A stretch of 64,000 nt of DNA from Bdellovibrionales bacterium (GTDB taxonomy: Bacteria > Bdellovibrionota > Bdellovibrionia > Bdellovibrionales > UBA1609): contig OZ241329.1 of the NCBI GenBank assembly GCA_965199825.1, positions 2,016,001-2,080,000 on the forward strand, given 5' to 3'. Below are positions 30,058 through 39,708 of the stretch, in pieces. The translations under genes were made by a program, and so were the position numbers. The notes below the pieces were generated by a model. It did not search any database, had not been told where the DNA came from, and saw only the letters and a program-made list of their open reading frames with translations. Numbering within the stretch: position 1 is the first letter of the stretch; each line of letters opens with the position of its first letter.

Positions 30058-31299
30058 TTAAAAAAATTGTTCGGGCAATTTGATTTCGAGGTTACGCCTG
30101 CAAATATCGATGGGTACTCTCAAGTACTGATACTCAGGCAACAGGAAAGTCCGATAGTCTTCGGGCAATAAACCAATCTGCATCAAGTGGAAATTAAAAA
30201 ATTCAATTTTTTGTTTAGCATCCGACAGGGTGAGAGGTGGACGAAGGTACAAAAGTCCTTTGTGTTTTCTTATATATTCCATCTTTTTGATAAGATAGTT
30301 GAACCAGAGCTCGACCTCATCCACGTTTTTAAGTCCCGGAATTCGGCGCCACTCAATCGTTTTTCGAAGTGGAAGAGATCCAAAAGGTTCAACCCCGATG
30401 TTTCTTGGTATGGTCGACCACACACGGGCTGCATGGTGTTGGGTGATCATAATGTAGGTGAGACCCTCGTGAAGGAGGCGAATGATTTGTTGACCCATTA
30501 TATTTTTAATAATCTTTAGCCCAAAGTTTTTTTCTTTTTTAGTTCGATTAACTTTTAACCAATCGGACTCAAGGTATTTAAATTTGGGAAAGAGCAGCTT
30601 AATTTCATCTTTCTCTTTTTTTGATAAAATTCTCGGTGCTCTTTTCCATTCTATAATCAAAGGATCAATCACATTTTTGATAAATTCGGAGACCACCGCC
30701 CATTCTAAATGAACATCGAGGGTGCGAGCTTCAATATTTTCACCTACCAACTCAAAAAAGAATTGTTGTGATAATTCATAAACCCAAAAGTTACGGTAAA
30801 ATAGCGGATCATGATCAAAGGCAAAATCCACATCCATTTGAAAGTGATGCATCCCCCAATTTCTCAAAGGCCAAAGACCGACGCTTTGAGGAACATCAAA
30901 CATGTATGTCTTAATTTTCGGCTTTATTGCGTAAAAGTTTTCAGCTTGGAAGGGCAGCATTGTGCTTTCGATGACATGCGGATCAAACTTATAAAAAATC
31001 TGATTCTCTTTATCAAGAATTCTTACGCCAGGTCGCTTTCGATTATCCCACTTTAATTTGCTTCTGGTGTAAGGGTAAGGGTCAAACAGATCATAAATTC
31101 TTTTAAAATAAACTTCATGTTCGGGAATGAGTTCGATCGGGATTTGTTCTCCTTCACGAATCCGTTCTCTGAGTTCCTCACCTATTCGCGACTGCATTAA
31201 GCTTGTGGAGGTGTGTGTGGTCTCGAATCCCAAATAATACCGATCGGGCGGGATTTCGATTGCAAAGCAGCTAAATAAAAAGAGTAGGATTGGAAACAC
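30058..31299 (-). CDS. Secreted putative amidoligase-like protein, paralog 2
   Basis: GTG start, signal peptide ending CFA; GFETT, VIESTMLP, GMHHFQ, TIEWRRIP; colinear with paralog 1. Confidence 0.55.
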   Translation of the reverse strand: MFPILLFLFSCFAIEIPPDRYYLGFETTHTSTSLMQSRIGEELRERIREGEQIPIELIPEHEVYFKRIYDLFDPYPYTRSKLKWDNRKRPGVRILDKENQIFYKFDPHVIESTMLPFQAENFYAIKPKIKTYMFDVPQSVGLWPLRNWGMHHFQMDVDFAFDHDPLFYRNFWVYELSQQFFFELVGENIEARTLDVHLEWAVVSEFIKNVIDPLIIEWKRAPRILSKKEKDEIKLLFPKFKYLESDWLKVNRTKKEKNFGLKIIKNIMGQQIIRLLHEGLTYIMITQHHAARVWSTIPRNIGVEPFGSLPLRKTIEWRRIPGLKNVDEVELWFNYLIKKMEYIRKHKGLLYLRPPLTLSDAKQKIEFFNFHLMQIGLLPEDYRTFLLPEYQYLRVPIDICRRNLEIKLPEQFF

Positions 31300-31355
31300 A
31301 TTTTGGAATATCGAACATCAAAGTGTTTCGACAATCGAAATATCGATTTTGCAGT

Positions 31356-32606
31356 TTATTTATAGTTCGCAGGCTGACGCTGCGACAGCCGCACGCCACC
31401 GATATACTTCGAAAAAAATTCGGCGGCCAACTGTGAGGAACGAACTCGCCAAAGTTTTTCATGAACTGCAACTGCGGCGAATGCAATTTTTTGATCTTGG
31501 TATTTTAGGTAGCCCACAAACCAATCGGTTCGTCCACGAGGTTGGAGGCAGGTGAGGCTTCCGGTTTTACCACCCATATCGGCATCCTGAAAATGACTGC
31601 GCAACAGTTTTCGAAAGGCCTTATGGCTTGTGCCGCGCTCAACCGTGTTGCGCATCAGCTCTCGGACCATCTCGGCAGTTTCGGTTTTCATGGTGAGACT
31701 CATCATGCGCGGCTTTGCTTCATATAAAACCTGGCCGCTCGCAGATTTTAGCGATTTGACCAAATAGGGCTCCATCATTATACCATCGTTCACAACCGAA
31801 GCTGCCATAAGAGCACCTTGAACGGGGCTGAGCGTTGTATGATGGTTGTAGCCCGAGGCGGCTTCGGCTACCGAAAATAAATCTTCGGCTTGAACTTTTG
31901 CGATGCTTGCAATTGAGGACTCCACACCAAAATCCGAAAGTACGACCTTATTGAATTGAAATCGTTCGGCATACTTTGCGAGACCTTCAGTCCCCACCTT
32001 ATACAGTCCGAGTCTACCAAAAAAAGTATTTACCGAATGGGCAAAGGCCTCTTTCATTGTGATGTAAGTGGTCCAGCGATTGAGTTCAGATTTCAAAACA
32101 TTTCTTTTATAGAGAGTATGGCTCGATCCGTTGTAGGGCAAAATGGTGTCGGGAGTTGCAAGGTTCTGGTCAAGTGCGGCTGTTGCGGTGACAAGTTTAA
32201 AAACCGAGGCCGCTGGGAATGTGGCCGAGACCGCAAAGTTTTTTGGAAATTTTGAGCGATTGTAGCTGCTCATCGCAAGAACTCGGCCGGTTGACGCATT
32301 GAGTGCAACAAGGCCTGCATAATCGGGTTGATATTTTTTAAGTAACCCATCAGTAAGATTCTGCATTTCGGTATCAAGGCCGTACTCGATCTCAACCGGC
32401 TCTTGTCCCTCGGCCTGAATGGTTTGGGGATAAATATTTTGATTTATCTGATTTGTGATCTGATCCGAAATCCAAGATTTGGTGTAAAGGGGAGTCTTCA
32501 TCACCTCGATACTTGGGCCAAAGATCAGCCACATCAAAAAAACAAACATCGAACATGCCGATGTGAGGAGGGCCAAAATCTGGATGCGATCACGACTCAT
32601 CTTCAA
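31356..32606 (-). CDS. Penicillin-binding transpeptidase-domain protein
   Basis: N-terminal TM helix; SVFK (SxxK), SVN (SxN), KTGS. Confidence 0.9.
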   Translation of the reverse strand: MKMSRDRIQILALLTSACSMFVFLMWLIFGPSIEVMKTPLYTKSWISDQITNQINQNIYPQTIQAEGQEPVEIEYGLDTEMQNLTDGLLKKYQPDYAGLVALNASTGRVLAMSSYNRSKFPKNFAVSATFPAASVFKLVTATAALDQNLATPDTILPYNGSSHTLYKRNVLKSELNRWTTYITMKEAFAHSVNTFFGRLGLYKVGTEGLAKYAERFQFNKVVLSDFGVESSIASIAKVQAEDLFSVAEAASGYNHHTTLSPVQGALMAASVVNDGIMMEPYLVKSLKSASGQVLYEAKPRMMSLTMKTETAEMVRELMRNTVERGTSHKAFRKLLRSHFQDADMGGKTGSLTCLQPRGRTDWFVGYLKYQDQKIAFAAVAVHEKLWRVRSSQLAAEFFSKYIGGVRLSQRQPANYK

Positions 32607-32643
32607 ATTGTGACATGAAAAATTTGAGACGTCGACTGAGGCT

Positions 32644-33261
32644 TTAGTCCTTAATTACTAGCTGATTTTTAAGTTCGTTGCGCGCGCCTGCTTGCTCGGG
32701 AAAGTGGGAGTGAAGAATCTGGCCCACACTTTCGATCGCGTTGATCAAAGCCTTGGTCAGATCTTTTTGGCCCGCACGCTGAGTGAGTTGGGTTAAAATA
32801 TTTTGCCAGACTGAGGCGTCTAGTTTTTGTGCAATACCTTGATCAGCCAAAATCACCGCACGTTTTTCAAACAGCGATAAAAAAATCAGCACACCGATTT
32901 TGTTGTGGGTGAGGTGAACACCATTTTGATAAAATTCGTAAAACGCTCTCGCCTCGACCATTTTTTTTTGATCCCCACGTGGAGTAAAAAAACGCTCAAT
33001 CACATCAAGAGTGCCGGCCCAGTAGCTGATCAATATTATCGATAGACTGAGCAGAGCAAAAATCCAAAAGGGCGGATAAAATAACTCGATCCCAAAGATC
33101 AAAGTTAGCCCGCACAGCAGAGTACAAATCCGAGCATGTCCAGTGGTGCAGCACTTTGAAACAACCATCGGCACAATTTCGCCTTCGGTTTGGGCCTCGG
33201 CCTTCATCAGTGCGGTTTCGATGAGATTGAGTTCCTCATTTGTAAATCGAATTTTCACCAA
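32644..33261 (-). CDS. TPM-domain membrane protein
   Basis: AEAQTEGEIV, GVLIFLSLFE, ILADQGI, NELKN; lemA operon context. Confidence 0.85.
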   Translation of the reverse strand: MVKIRFTNEELNLIETALMKAEAQTEGEIVPMVVSKCCTTGHARICTLLCGLTLIFGIELFYPPFWIFALLSLSIILISYWAGTLDVIERFFTPRGDQKKMVEARAFYEFYQNGVHLTHNKIGVLIFLSLFEKRAVILADQGIAQKLDASVWQNILTQLTQRAGQKDLTKALINAIESVGQILHSHFPEQAGARNELKNQLVIKD

Positions 33262-33974
33262 TCCCCCGAGGCGCCGCCGCCCGAAAATCCACCGCCGCCG
33301 CCGGACCAGCCGCCACCGCCGCTGCCTCCACCAAATCCGCCTCCGAAACCTCCGCCGCCAAAACCTCCGCCAAAGCCGCCACGCGGAAAAAATCCTCCGC
33401 CGCGAAACACAAACATTAAAAAAACCACTAACACAATAATCATAATCAGCGAAATCGAGTGGGGTGCATCTTCCACCACAACACCTTGACGCTCAAAGTA
33501 TGAGGCAAAATCAAAATCGGGAGCCACAGTGTGAACGATGGTATACACGCCAGTTATAATGCCCTCGGCATAATGATTTTGGCGGAACAACGGCAGCATA
33601 TTTTCGTCGATAATTCGTTTTGCCCGAGCATCGGGAAGATCGCCTTCAAGGCCTCGTCCGACCTCAATTCGCACTTTGTGTTCTTTTAAGGCTAAAAGAA
33701 CCAAGATTCCCTTATCCTCTTTTAATTTTCCGAGCTTCCATTGATCCACAACCCGAATCGAAAACTCATTAAGGTCATCCCCCTCAAGGGATTCAATTGC
33801 GAGCACGTTGATCTGAATTTGGGTTTGGTCATTGAGCGCGTGCAGAGCTCGATTGAGTTTTACTTCGGTCGAGTGTTTTAAGACCTCAACTTCCTGAACC
33901 ACACTGCCGGTGAGGCTTGGAACCTCACGGGCAAATACGGAAAACTGAAGTAAAAGCCAAAAAACAATCATCAA
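33255..33974 (-). CDS. TPM-domain protein (YgcG-like) with Gly-rich tail
   Basis: WKLG, RIEVGRGLEGDLPD, GGGFSGGGASGDW. Confidence 0.9.
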   Translation of the reverse strand: MMIVFWLLLQFSVFAREVPSLTGSVVQEVEVLKHSTEVKLNRALHALNDQTQIQINVLAIESLEGDDLNEFSIRVVDQWKLGKLKEDKGILVLLALKEHKVRIEVGRGLEGDLPDARAKRIIDENMLPLFRQNHYAEGIITGVYTIVHTVAPDFDFASYFERQGVVVEDAPHSISLIMIIVLVVFLMFVFRGGGFFPRGGFGGGFGGGGFGGGFGGGSGGGGWSGGGGGFSGGGASGDW

Positions 33975-34540
33975 AATTGAACTTTGGGTGCGGTTTGAAT
34001 TTGCTCAACGTTTGAAACGGTCCATTGAGGCATCTTTGGGTGATGATAAAAAATGCTGTTGGTGAAACTGGTTGGTGGAACAGAAATTAGATCATTAAAC
34101 GCCTGAATATTATCAATATGACGTTTACGAGCCACTGTAATTCGATTTTCTGTCCCCTCAAGTTGGGCCTGAAGCTCACGAAAGTTAGCATCACTTTTTA
34201 GTTGCGGATAATTTTCGGTGACCATCATCAATCGACCTAGAGCTTGGCTTAATTCCCCTTGAGCCGCTTGATATTTTTTTACCGATTCTATGTCTGAAGG
34301 CTTAAGGGTCACTTGTGTTGCATGAGCGCGCGCTTCGGTGACGCCGACCAAAACACTCTCTTCTTGTTTGGCATAACCTTTAACCGTGTTAACAAGGTTA
34401 GGAATCAAATCGGCGCGGCGTTGATATTGATTGGTGATTTCGGCGAGTGAGCCTTCCACCGCGTTGTTGGCCTGAGGGATACTTTGCACCCCGCAACCGG
34501 TCAGTAGCAAAAAACAAAAACACAATACTTGGGTGCGCAT
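33971..34540 (-). CDS. lemA: LemA family protein
   Basis: YQRRADLIPNLVNTVKGYA, ENYPQLKS, LEGTENRI; lipobox LTGC; AGGAG RBS. Confidence 0.95.
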   Translation of the reverse strand: MRTQVLCFCFLLLTGCGVQSIPQANNAVEGSLAEITNQYQRRADLIPNLVNTVKGYAKQEESVLVGVTEARAHATQVTLKPSDIESVKKYQAAQGELSQALGRLMMVTENYPQLKSDANFRELQAQLEGTENRITVARKRHIDNIQAFNDLISVPPTSFTNSIFYHHPKMPQWTVSNVEQIQTAPKVQF

Positions 34541-35906
34541 GATCACTCCTTTATTAAAAATTTATTTCCACTGGCTGAATCTAGCAGCAATCTTACTGAT
34601 TTGCATTTTATCGTTTCGGTTTGCAGAGGCCAAAGATTGTCTTGAACTTGCAACCCGATCTCCCTTGGTCTGTTTACGAAACCCAAAAAACTGCACCCCG
34701 TCTGAAACGCTAGGTTTATTTACTTCTTGTCACAAGCAATATCTTCAATCGTGCCTTCATCTTGTAAAGGCCATAACACAAGAAAAACACGACACCCCTT
34801 TGAGCGTCCTTGTCGATGAGTTCTTATTTTTTGATCAAGAGTTCTGTGATCAGGCTCGAGCCCTTAAAAATCAGGTCAATTTGATTTTGGTAAAGGAGCC
34901 TGCCAAATACATGCGAGACCCTGGATTTTTTAGCTCTCAAGGTATTTATTCAGCCTTGCCCTACGGAATCATGGGAGCTCAATCGGTCGCAACTTTTTTT
35001 GCCCAATGCCCGGGAATCAAAGTGGAACAAGCCTTAAAAGGTGAAAATTTAGTAAATAATAAAAATTTATATGAGGATAACCTCGATCCCCAAACTTTTG
35101 AATTGCGAGCCGATGGTGGGAATATTTTGTTTTTAAATCCTTCCACCGTGCTTGTAGGCGAAACTCACGCCAGGCCATTTCCGAAACAGATCGAAGAATA
35201 TTTAAAACAGAACAAAAAAGTGATCAAAATCAAAGTGCCGAATTTACAAGTTGGGCATCTCGACGAGATTTTTTTTATCAATCCCAATCGACAGCAGTGT
35301 GAAATTTTGGTGGCTTCGCCTCAACAAATGAAAACCTTTTTGACCCAGAATAAAAATCTTGAACTTTATCCAGAACCTTTGAGTCCTGAGCAACGCGCTC
35401 AACTCGAAATCGCTTTTGATCAAATTCAGATTCGGAACTCATCGAAGCGGCCACTGCCACTGGAATGGAAATCAAAATTTGAGAGTAAAAAAATGATCAC
35501 TGCTGACCAAGTTTTGGCTAACAAAATTTTGATGGCACAGTGGACCCTGTGGCAAAATCAAATTGATGCAGCAAAACTAAAAATCAAGCAAGCCGCTCGA
35601 TGCGCGGTTCATTTTCGAGATCTTCCTGTTTTTTGGAATTTAAAGGGGCAAGCGATCTTGACCAATCCAGTAAACAGCATTTATTTAAATAAAAAGTATT
35701 TAATTTCGAAGCCGTATTTAATTTCAAAGGTCACTTATGAATTTAAAAATCAAATAGAAGGACGAATATCAACAATGCCCTTTTTGATCTATGAAAAGGC
35801 TATTCAAAGTCAATTAGGTTTGGTGAAATTTGTCGATTTAAAAGACTATGATGAGGGTGGCGGCAATGTTCATTGTGCCACCCAGCAGATCCTATGCACG
35901 CATTAA
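34539..35906 (+). CDS. Secreted protein-arginine deiminase (PAD)-like pentein enzyme
   Basis: YMRD, DGGNI, VGHLDEIF, GGNVHCAT give Asp-His-Asp-Cys in PAD order; signal peptide ending AEA; start uncertain. Confidence 0.7.
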   Translation: MITPLLKIYFHWLNLAAILLICILSFRFAEAKDCLELATRSPLVCLRNPKNCTPSETLGLFTSCHKQYLQSCLHLVKAITQEKHDTPLSVLVDEFLFFDQEFCDQARALKNQVNLILVKEPAKYMRDPGFFSSQGIYSALPYGIMGAQSVATFFAQCPGIKVEQALKGENLVNNKNLYEDNLDPQTFELRADGGNILFLNPSTVLVGETHARPFPKQIEEYLKQNKKVIKIKVPNLQVGHLDEIFFINPNRQQCEILVASPQQMKTFLTQNKNLELYPEPLSPEQRAQLEIAFDQIQIRNSSKRPLPLEWKSKFESKKMITADQVLANKILMAQWTLWQNQIDAAKLKIKQAARCAVHFRDLPVFWNLKGQAILTNPVNSIYLNKKYLISKPYLISKVTYEFKNQIEGRISTMPFLIYEKAIQSQLGLVKFVDLKDYDEGGGNVHCATQQILCTH

Positions 35907-37033
35907 AGATGAATGTTTTGGCATTGCTCGCTCAAGCGAACATTTTGGATTCCCATTTTTTGATTTGCACGACAGGTAAAGATTTGTGTCGGTGTTGACC
36001 CTGATGCATTAGCTCGATCAATCCGCGCACCTGCTTCACGCAACATCCGGTCATAAAAACGGTAATCTGAATTATTGGCGGCGTAGTGGAGTGGAAGATT
36101 GCCATCGGCATCGGCGGTTTTCCAGTTGATGGCGGGGCCTAAGAACAATGCATCCAAGATATCATATTGATCTTGCAAGGCAGCCCAATGAAACACATTA
36201 CGGTTTTTAAAATCGACAATTTTAAGATCAACAAACCCACATCCCAAGAGTGCTTTTGTCGAAGCCAAAGATCCGGCTTGAACCGCAAGCATCAACGGGG
36301 TCTGTCCATTGCGATCTTGCGAATTAAAAAGTCGACGCCGGCCAAGTTGGGTTGGCATTTCGCGCTCGATCAAATCCAAATATTTTGCATACCAAGCGTT
36401 GTCACTATACTGACGAATAATCCAAGCCAGTGCGCGTGCTCGCCCCGCAGAGGCTGCGGTATGAAGCGGTGTGCGCCCAAGCTCATCCACCATCATCATG
36501 TCAAAATGGATTGAAGCTCTCGCATCAAACAATGTTTGCATCACTCGATCATTGTTTGCGACATGGACGGCTCGCTCGCCATTCATCGATCGGGGATCAA
36601 GCTCATCGGCACTCAATTTTTGTCGAGTTCCATTACGAATGATATTTAAAACCGCATCGTTGATGCCGCTTTCGGCAGCCAAAAAGAGATAAGAGTTGCC
36701 ATGCAAATTTACCGCTCTCACATCGAGATTGGGATGTTTTGAAAGTGGAATCGCAATCTCTTCGAATCCACGGACCAGACTCAATTCAAGTGGAGTAAAT
36801 CCAGATGCATCTCGCATATTGATGTCTGCACCCGCACGAATCATTTTTTTTACCGCTGAAAGATTTCTATCTTTGACAGCCTCACTCAAAGATCTCGGCT
36901 CACTCTCTTGCGTCTCAGGTAGGTTTGGTCGCGACTGTTCGAAGCGTTCTGGTGGGGAGCCATTTTCGTTTTTGGCACAACCCCACAGAGCAGCAACGTT
37001 TAGCATTAACCATAACCGAAGTGTTTTCGGCAT
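35903..37033 (-). CDS. Ankyrin-repeat lipoprotein
   Basis: Lipobox-like LWGC; GFTPL, GRTPLHTAA, GQTPLMLA, GNLPLHYAA repeats. Confidence 0.88.
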   Translation of the reverse strand: MPKTLRLWLMLNVAALWGCAKNENGSPPERFEQSRPNLPETQESEPRSLSEAVKDRNLSAVKKMIRAGADINMRDASGFTPLELSLVRGFEEIAIPLSKHPNLDVRAVNLHGNSYLFLAAESGINDAVLNIIRNGTRQKLSADELDPRSMNGERAVHVANNDRVMQTLFDARASIHFDMMMVDELGRTPLHTAASAGRARALAWIIRQYSDNAWYAKYLDLIEREMPTQLGRRRLFNSQDRNGQTPLMLAVQAGSLASTKALLGCGFVDLKIVDFKNRNVFHWAALQDQYDILDALFLGPAINWKTADADGNLPLHYAANNSDYRFYDRMLREAGARIDRANASGSTPTQIFTCRANQKMGIQNVRLSEQCQNIHL

Positions 37034-37105
37034 TTGATCTCCTCGTCTCTGTTAGTAGAGTTATGACTCGGCTCAGGCAAAAAATCAAATTTAGGATACG
37101 TCGTC

Positions 37106-37714
37106 CTAAAGCCAGTGATAGTTGAAACTAATGGAAGGGCGCGGCAAATTGTGGCGCTGAAATGGCACCTCATGACGAAGCCAACTCTCGAATAATATAA
37201 CTGATCCTGTAGATGGCGCGTACGCAACATGAGATGAATCCTTCTTGGTGCGTGGTGAAGCCATTTTGAAACTGCTCCTTGGATCTTCGAAAATAATAGG
37301 CGCATCTTTTTCAGAAACCACCGGATAATATGTTCCACTCAACACGGACAAGGGATGAATGTGCGATCCATGTGCCCCGCCTTCTTCTAAAATGTTGACC
37401 CACATTTCGGACATCAGCAAATTTTTCTGCTGCAGATCCCATCCCAAGGTCCTGACAAACTTCTTAACGTGAGCATCAATATAGTTTTTCAAATCAGCGC
37501 AAACCGATAGGCGCTGATGTAGGTTGTCCCAGGAGCCGTAACTGGTAAACCCATTGGCGTAATTTTTTTTACACCAACGTCGCCCCTCTAAATCAAATTT
37601 TTTTATATCAGTAATCGCATCCATACACAGTCGAGCAAAATTCAAATTCTGTTTTGGTTGAGACATTAGGCGAGCTTGATAAATGGGTGTGGCAAAAAGC
37701 AAATCAATTTTCAC
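37106..37714 (-). CDS. Putative 2OG-Fe(II) oxygenase (TIGR02466-like)
   Basis: LFATPIY, WVN, HIHP..LSGTYY, FEDPR, FESWLRHEV, SISFN; GTG 37714 chosen as start. Confidence 0.85.
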   Translation of the reverse strand: MKIDLLFATPIYQARLMSQPKQNLNFARLCMDAITDIKKFDLEGRRWCKKNYANGFTSYGSWDNLHQRLSVCADLKNYIDAHVKKFVRTLGWDLQQKNLLMSEMWVNILEEGGAHGSHIHPLSVLSGTYYPVVSEKDAPIIFEDPRSSFKMASPRTKKDSSHVAYAPSTGSVILFESWLRHEVPFQRHNLPRPSISFNYHWL

Positions 37715-38975
37715 AAAGCTGAATCCCATTTTTATTCGCGATCGCAACAATCGGAAATGGCAAATGACTATTTATAAAACAAGAATTTTTTGAAAGGCTA
37801 TGAAAGTGATGGGCTCCCCATGGACGTGGCGCGCTTTCGAGATTCACAAATAGACCTCTAAAGGTTTCGCCCTCGCGCAAAGGGTCAATGGTTTCGATAT
37901 TTAAAAATTGGGCAGGCTTCGTCGACCACACCTCAATCAATCGCTCAAGACTCAACATTTTTTGTTGATAGTAAGAGGTGAGCACAGGAAGAGTTGTTTC
38001 AAGCCCAATTGTGCCATTAGCCGAAGTATGAAAGTCATCGTGCTTTGCTGTTTGTTCGTGAGGTGCATGGTCGGTCGCCACAAAATCGATTTGTCCATTG
38101 ATGAGGCCTTTTAATAGAGCTTGCTGATCGCTCGGCGAGCGAAGTGGTGGATTCATTTTAAACGAAGAATTTTTAGGATCGATTTGTTCTGCATTAAAAA
38201 ACAAATGGTGAGGCGAGACCTCGCAAGTTGCCAAAAGTCCCTGGTGTTTTGCCTGCTCAACAAGTTCAAATGTTTTTGCGGCTGAAATATGGAGCACATG
38301 ATAACGAGCTTTTTTAAATTTATTCAAAAGATCGAGGTCGCGTTGGACCATATCGACTTCGGCAGACTCAGGATAAGAATTTATATTTAAACTCTTTTGG
38401 ATGGAGCCGGGTGCAAGCGCTCCGCCATGACCCTCCATTTCGGCATGCTGCAAAAGAGGAACTCCCGTCTTTTCACAAATCGCAAACGCTTCCGACATCA
38501 ACTGATCTGACATCACCCCACGCCCGTCATCGGTAAATCCTTTGACGTCATGTTTTGCGAGCTCAGAGAGTGGTGCTAATTTTTTGCCTTGTTGGCCTTC
38601 GGTGATTGCGGTGGTAAAAAAAACTTCGACATCATAACGCTCAGATTCGGTTTCAACCGACTGTCTTGCCTGATTGAGAACTTCTACCGAATCGATCACG
38701 GGCTGCGTATTCGGCATTGTCAAAAGAGCTGCGTAACCTCCGAAAAAGGCGGCTTCAAGTCCGGTTGCTGCAGTCTCTTTGTGCGGCTGACCGGGCACTC
38801 TAAGATGGGCTTGAACATCCACACCTCGCGGAAGAAACGTTAAATTGCTCAAAGGTGTTGAGCCTTGTTCCGTGGATTTCTCGATTTTTTGAATTCGTCC
38901 TTGATCAACAAAAATATTGTAACGATCAAGCGCTCTGCCGTCAGGCGTGCACAAAAGATTCTGATATATAGTCAT
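37704..38975 (-). CDS. pyrC: Dihydroorotase
   Basis: DVQAHLRVPG, MPNT, FTDDG, CEVSPHHL, KMNPPLR, TDHAPH; start at ATG 38975. Confidence 0.88.
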   Translation of the reverse strand: MTIYQNLLCTPDGRALDRYNIFVDQGRIQKIEKSTEQGSTPLSNLTFLPRGVDVQAHLRVPGQPHKETAATGLEAAFFGGYAALLTMPNTQPVIDSVEVLNQARQSVETESERYDVEVFFTTAITEGQQGKKLAPLSELAKHDVKGFTDDGRGVMSDQLMSEAFAICEKTGVPLLQHAEMEGHGGALAPGSIQKSLNINSYPESAEVDMVQRDLDLLNKFKKARYHVLHISAAKTFELVEQAKHQGLLATCEVSPHHLFFNAEQIDPKNSSFKMNPPLRSPSDQQALLKGLINGQIDFVATDHAPHEQTAKHDDFHTSANGTIGLETTLPVLTSYYQQKMLSLERLIEVWSTKPAQFLNIETIDPLREGETFRGLFVNLESAPRPWGAHHFHSLSKNSCFINSHLPFPIVAIANKNGIQLCEN

Positions 38976-39085
38976 GGGGCTGCGGTAACATAATTTTTTT
39001 GGTTCGTATAGCGGAGCGTGAAGGAGTGGTAATTTTTTATTTAAAATATACAAAATTAGTTTATTTGTAGCGGGTAGAAAGATTT

Positions 39086-39391
39086 TTGTCGTGCCCGCAA
39101 AAAATATTATCGGAAATTGAGTGCGGAATTTTTTTGTGAACACGAATTGCCGAATTTTCTACGGCGGTGAGGACTTTTGAATATGGGGTAATGTCATTAA
39201 ACACATTCGTGCCCATAAACCTGACGTCATCTCAGGTTCTAAAATGATGTTGATCACGATAAGTCCTGCGGTGTTTTAGTTTGGTTTGAATTTTAATCAG
39301 ATTGGCACAAATAAAATTAAGTGGGTCCAATTTAAGTCTGTGGAGTTTTTGATGTAAATGTTGTCGTGCCCACTCACAGTTTGTCGTGCCC
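39086..39391 (+). repeat. Four direct repeats, core TTGTCGTGCCC
   Basis: Exact copies at 39086, 39361 and 39381; variant ATTCGTGCCC at 39205. Confidence 0.75.
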
Positions 39392-39708
39392 GTACCTTCG
39401 TTCACAAAATCGCGTGAGAGCTCGACATGAATACCGAATGTGGTTCAAGTAAAGAATGACAACTTCAGACAACAATTGAAATGTAATCTCATCAAACACT
39501 CGAGGGGCAAATCCCAATGTTCATTTATCAATAAAGCTCTCTTTATTAATAAAATGGTCGAATTAAAAATGAACTGAGTGGGATGCGGTAATATCTAAGC
39601 GCGAAATGAAGCCACACAAACAAATGTTTTGATTGTGGAGTCGTCTCGCAAAACTATTGAAGAGTTATTTCGATGTTTTTACCCAATGAGATTTCAAAAA
39701 AACAAAAG

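Noticed and set aside
33143..33489. Pro-rich and Arg-rich plus-strand ORFs
   Set aside because: Antisense shadows of the Gly-rich tail of the TPM protein
37704..38975. Inactive dihydroorotase because DxHxH reads DVQAH
   Set aside because: Other ligands are intact and Gln-for-His variants occur in other bacterial dihydroorotases; weak evidence alone
38976..39143. N-terminal extension of pyrC in the ORF track
   Set aside because: AT-rich, contains a repeat copy and shows no dihydroorotase similarity
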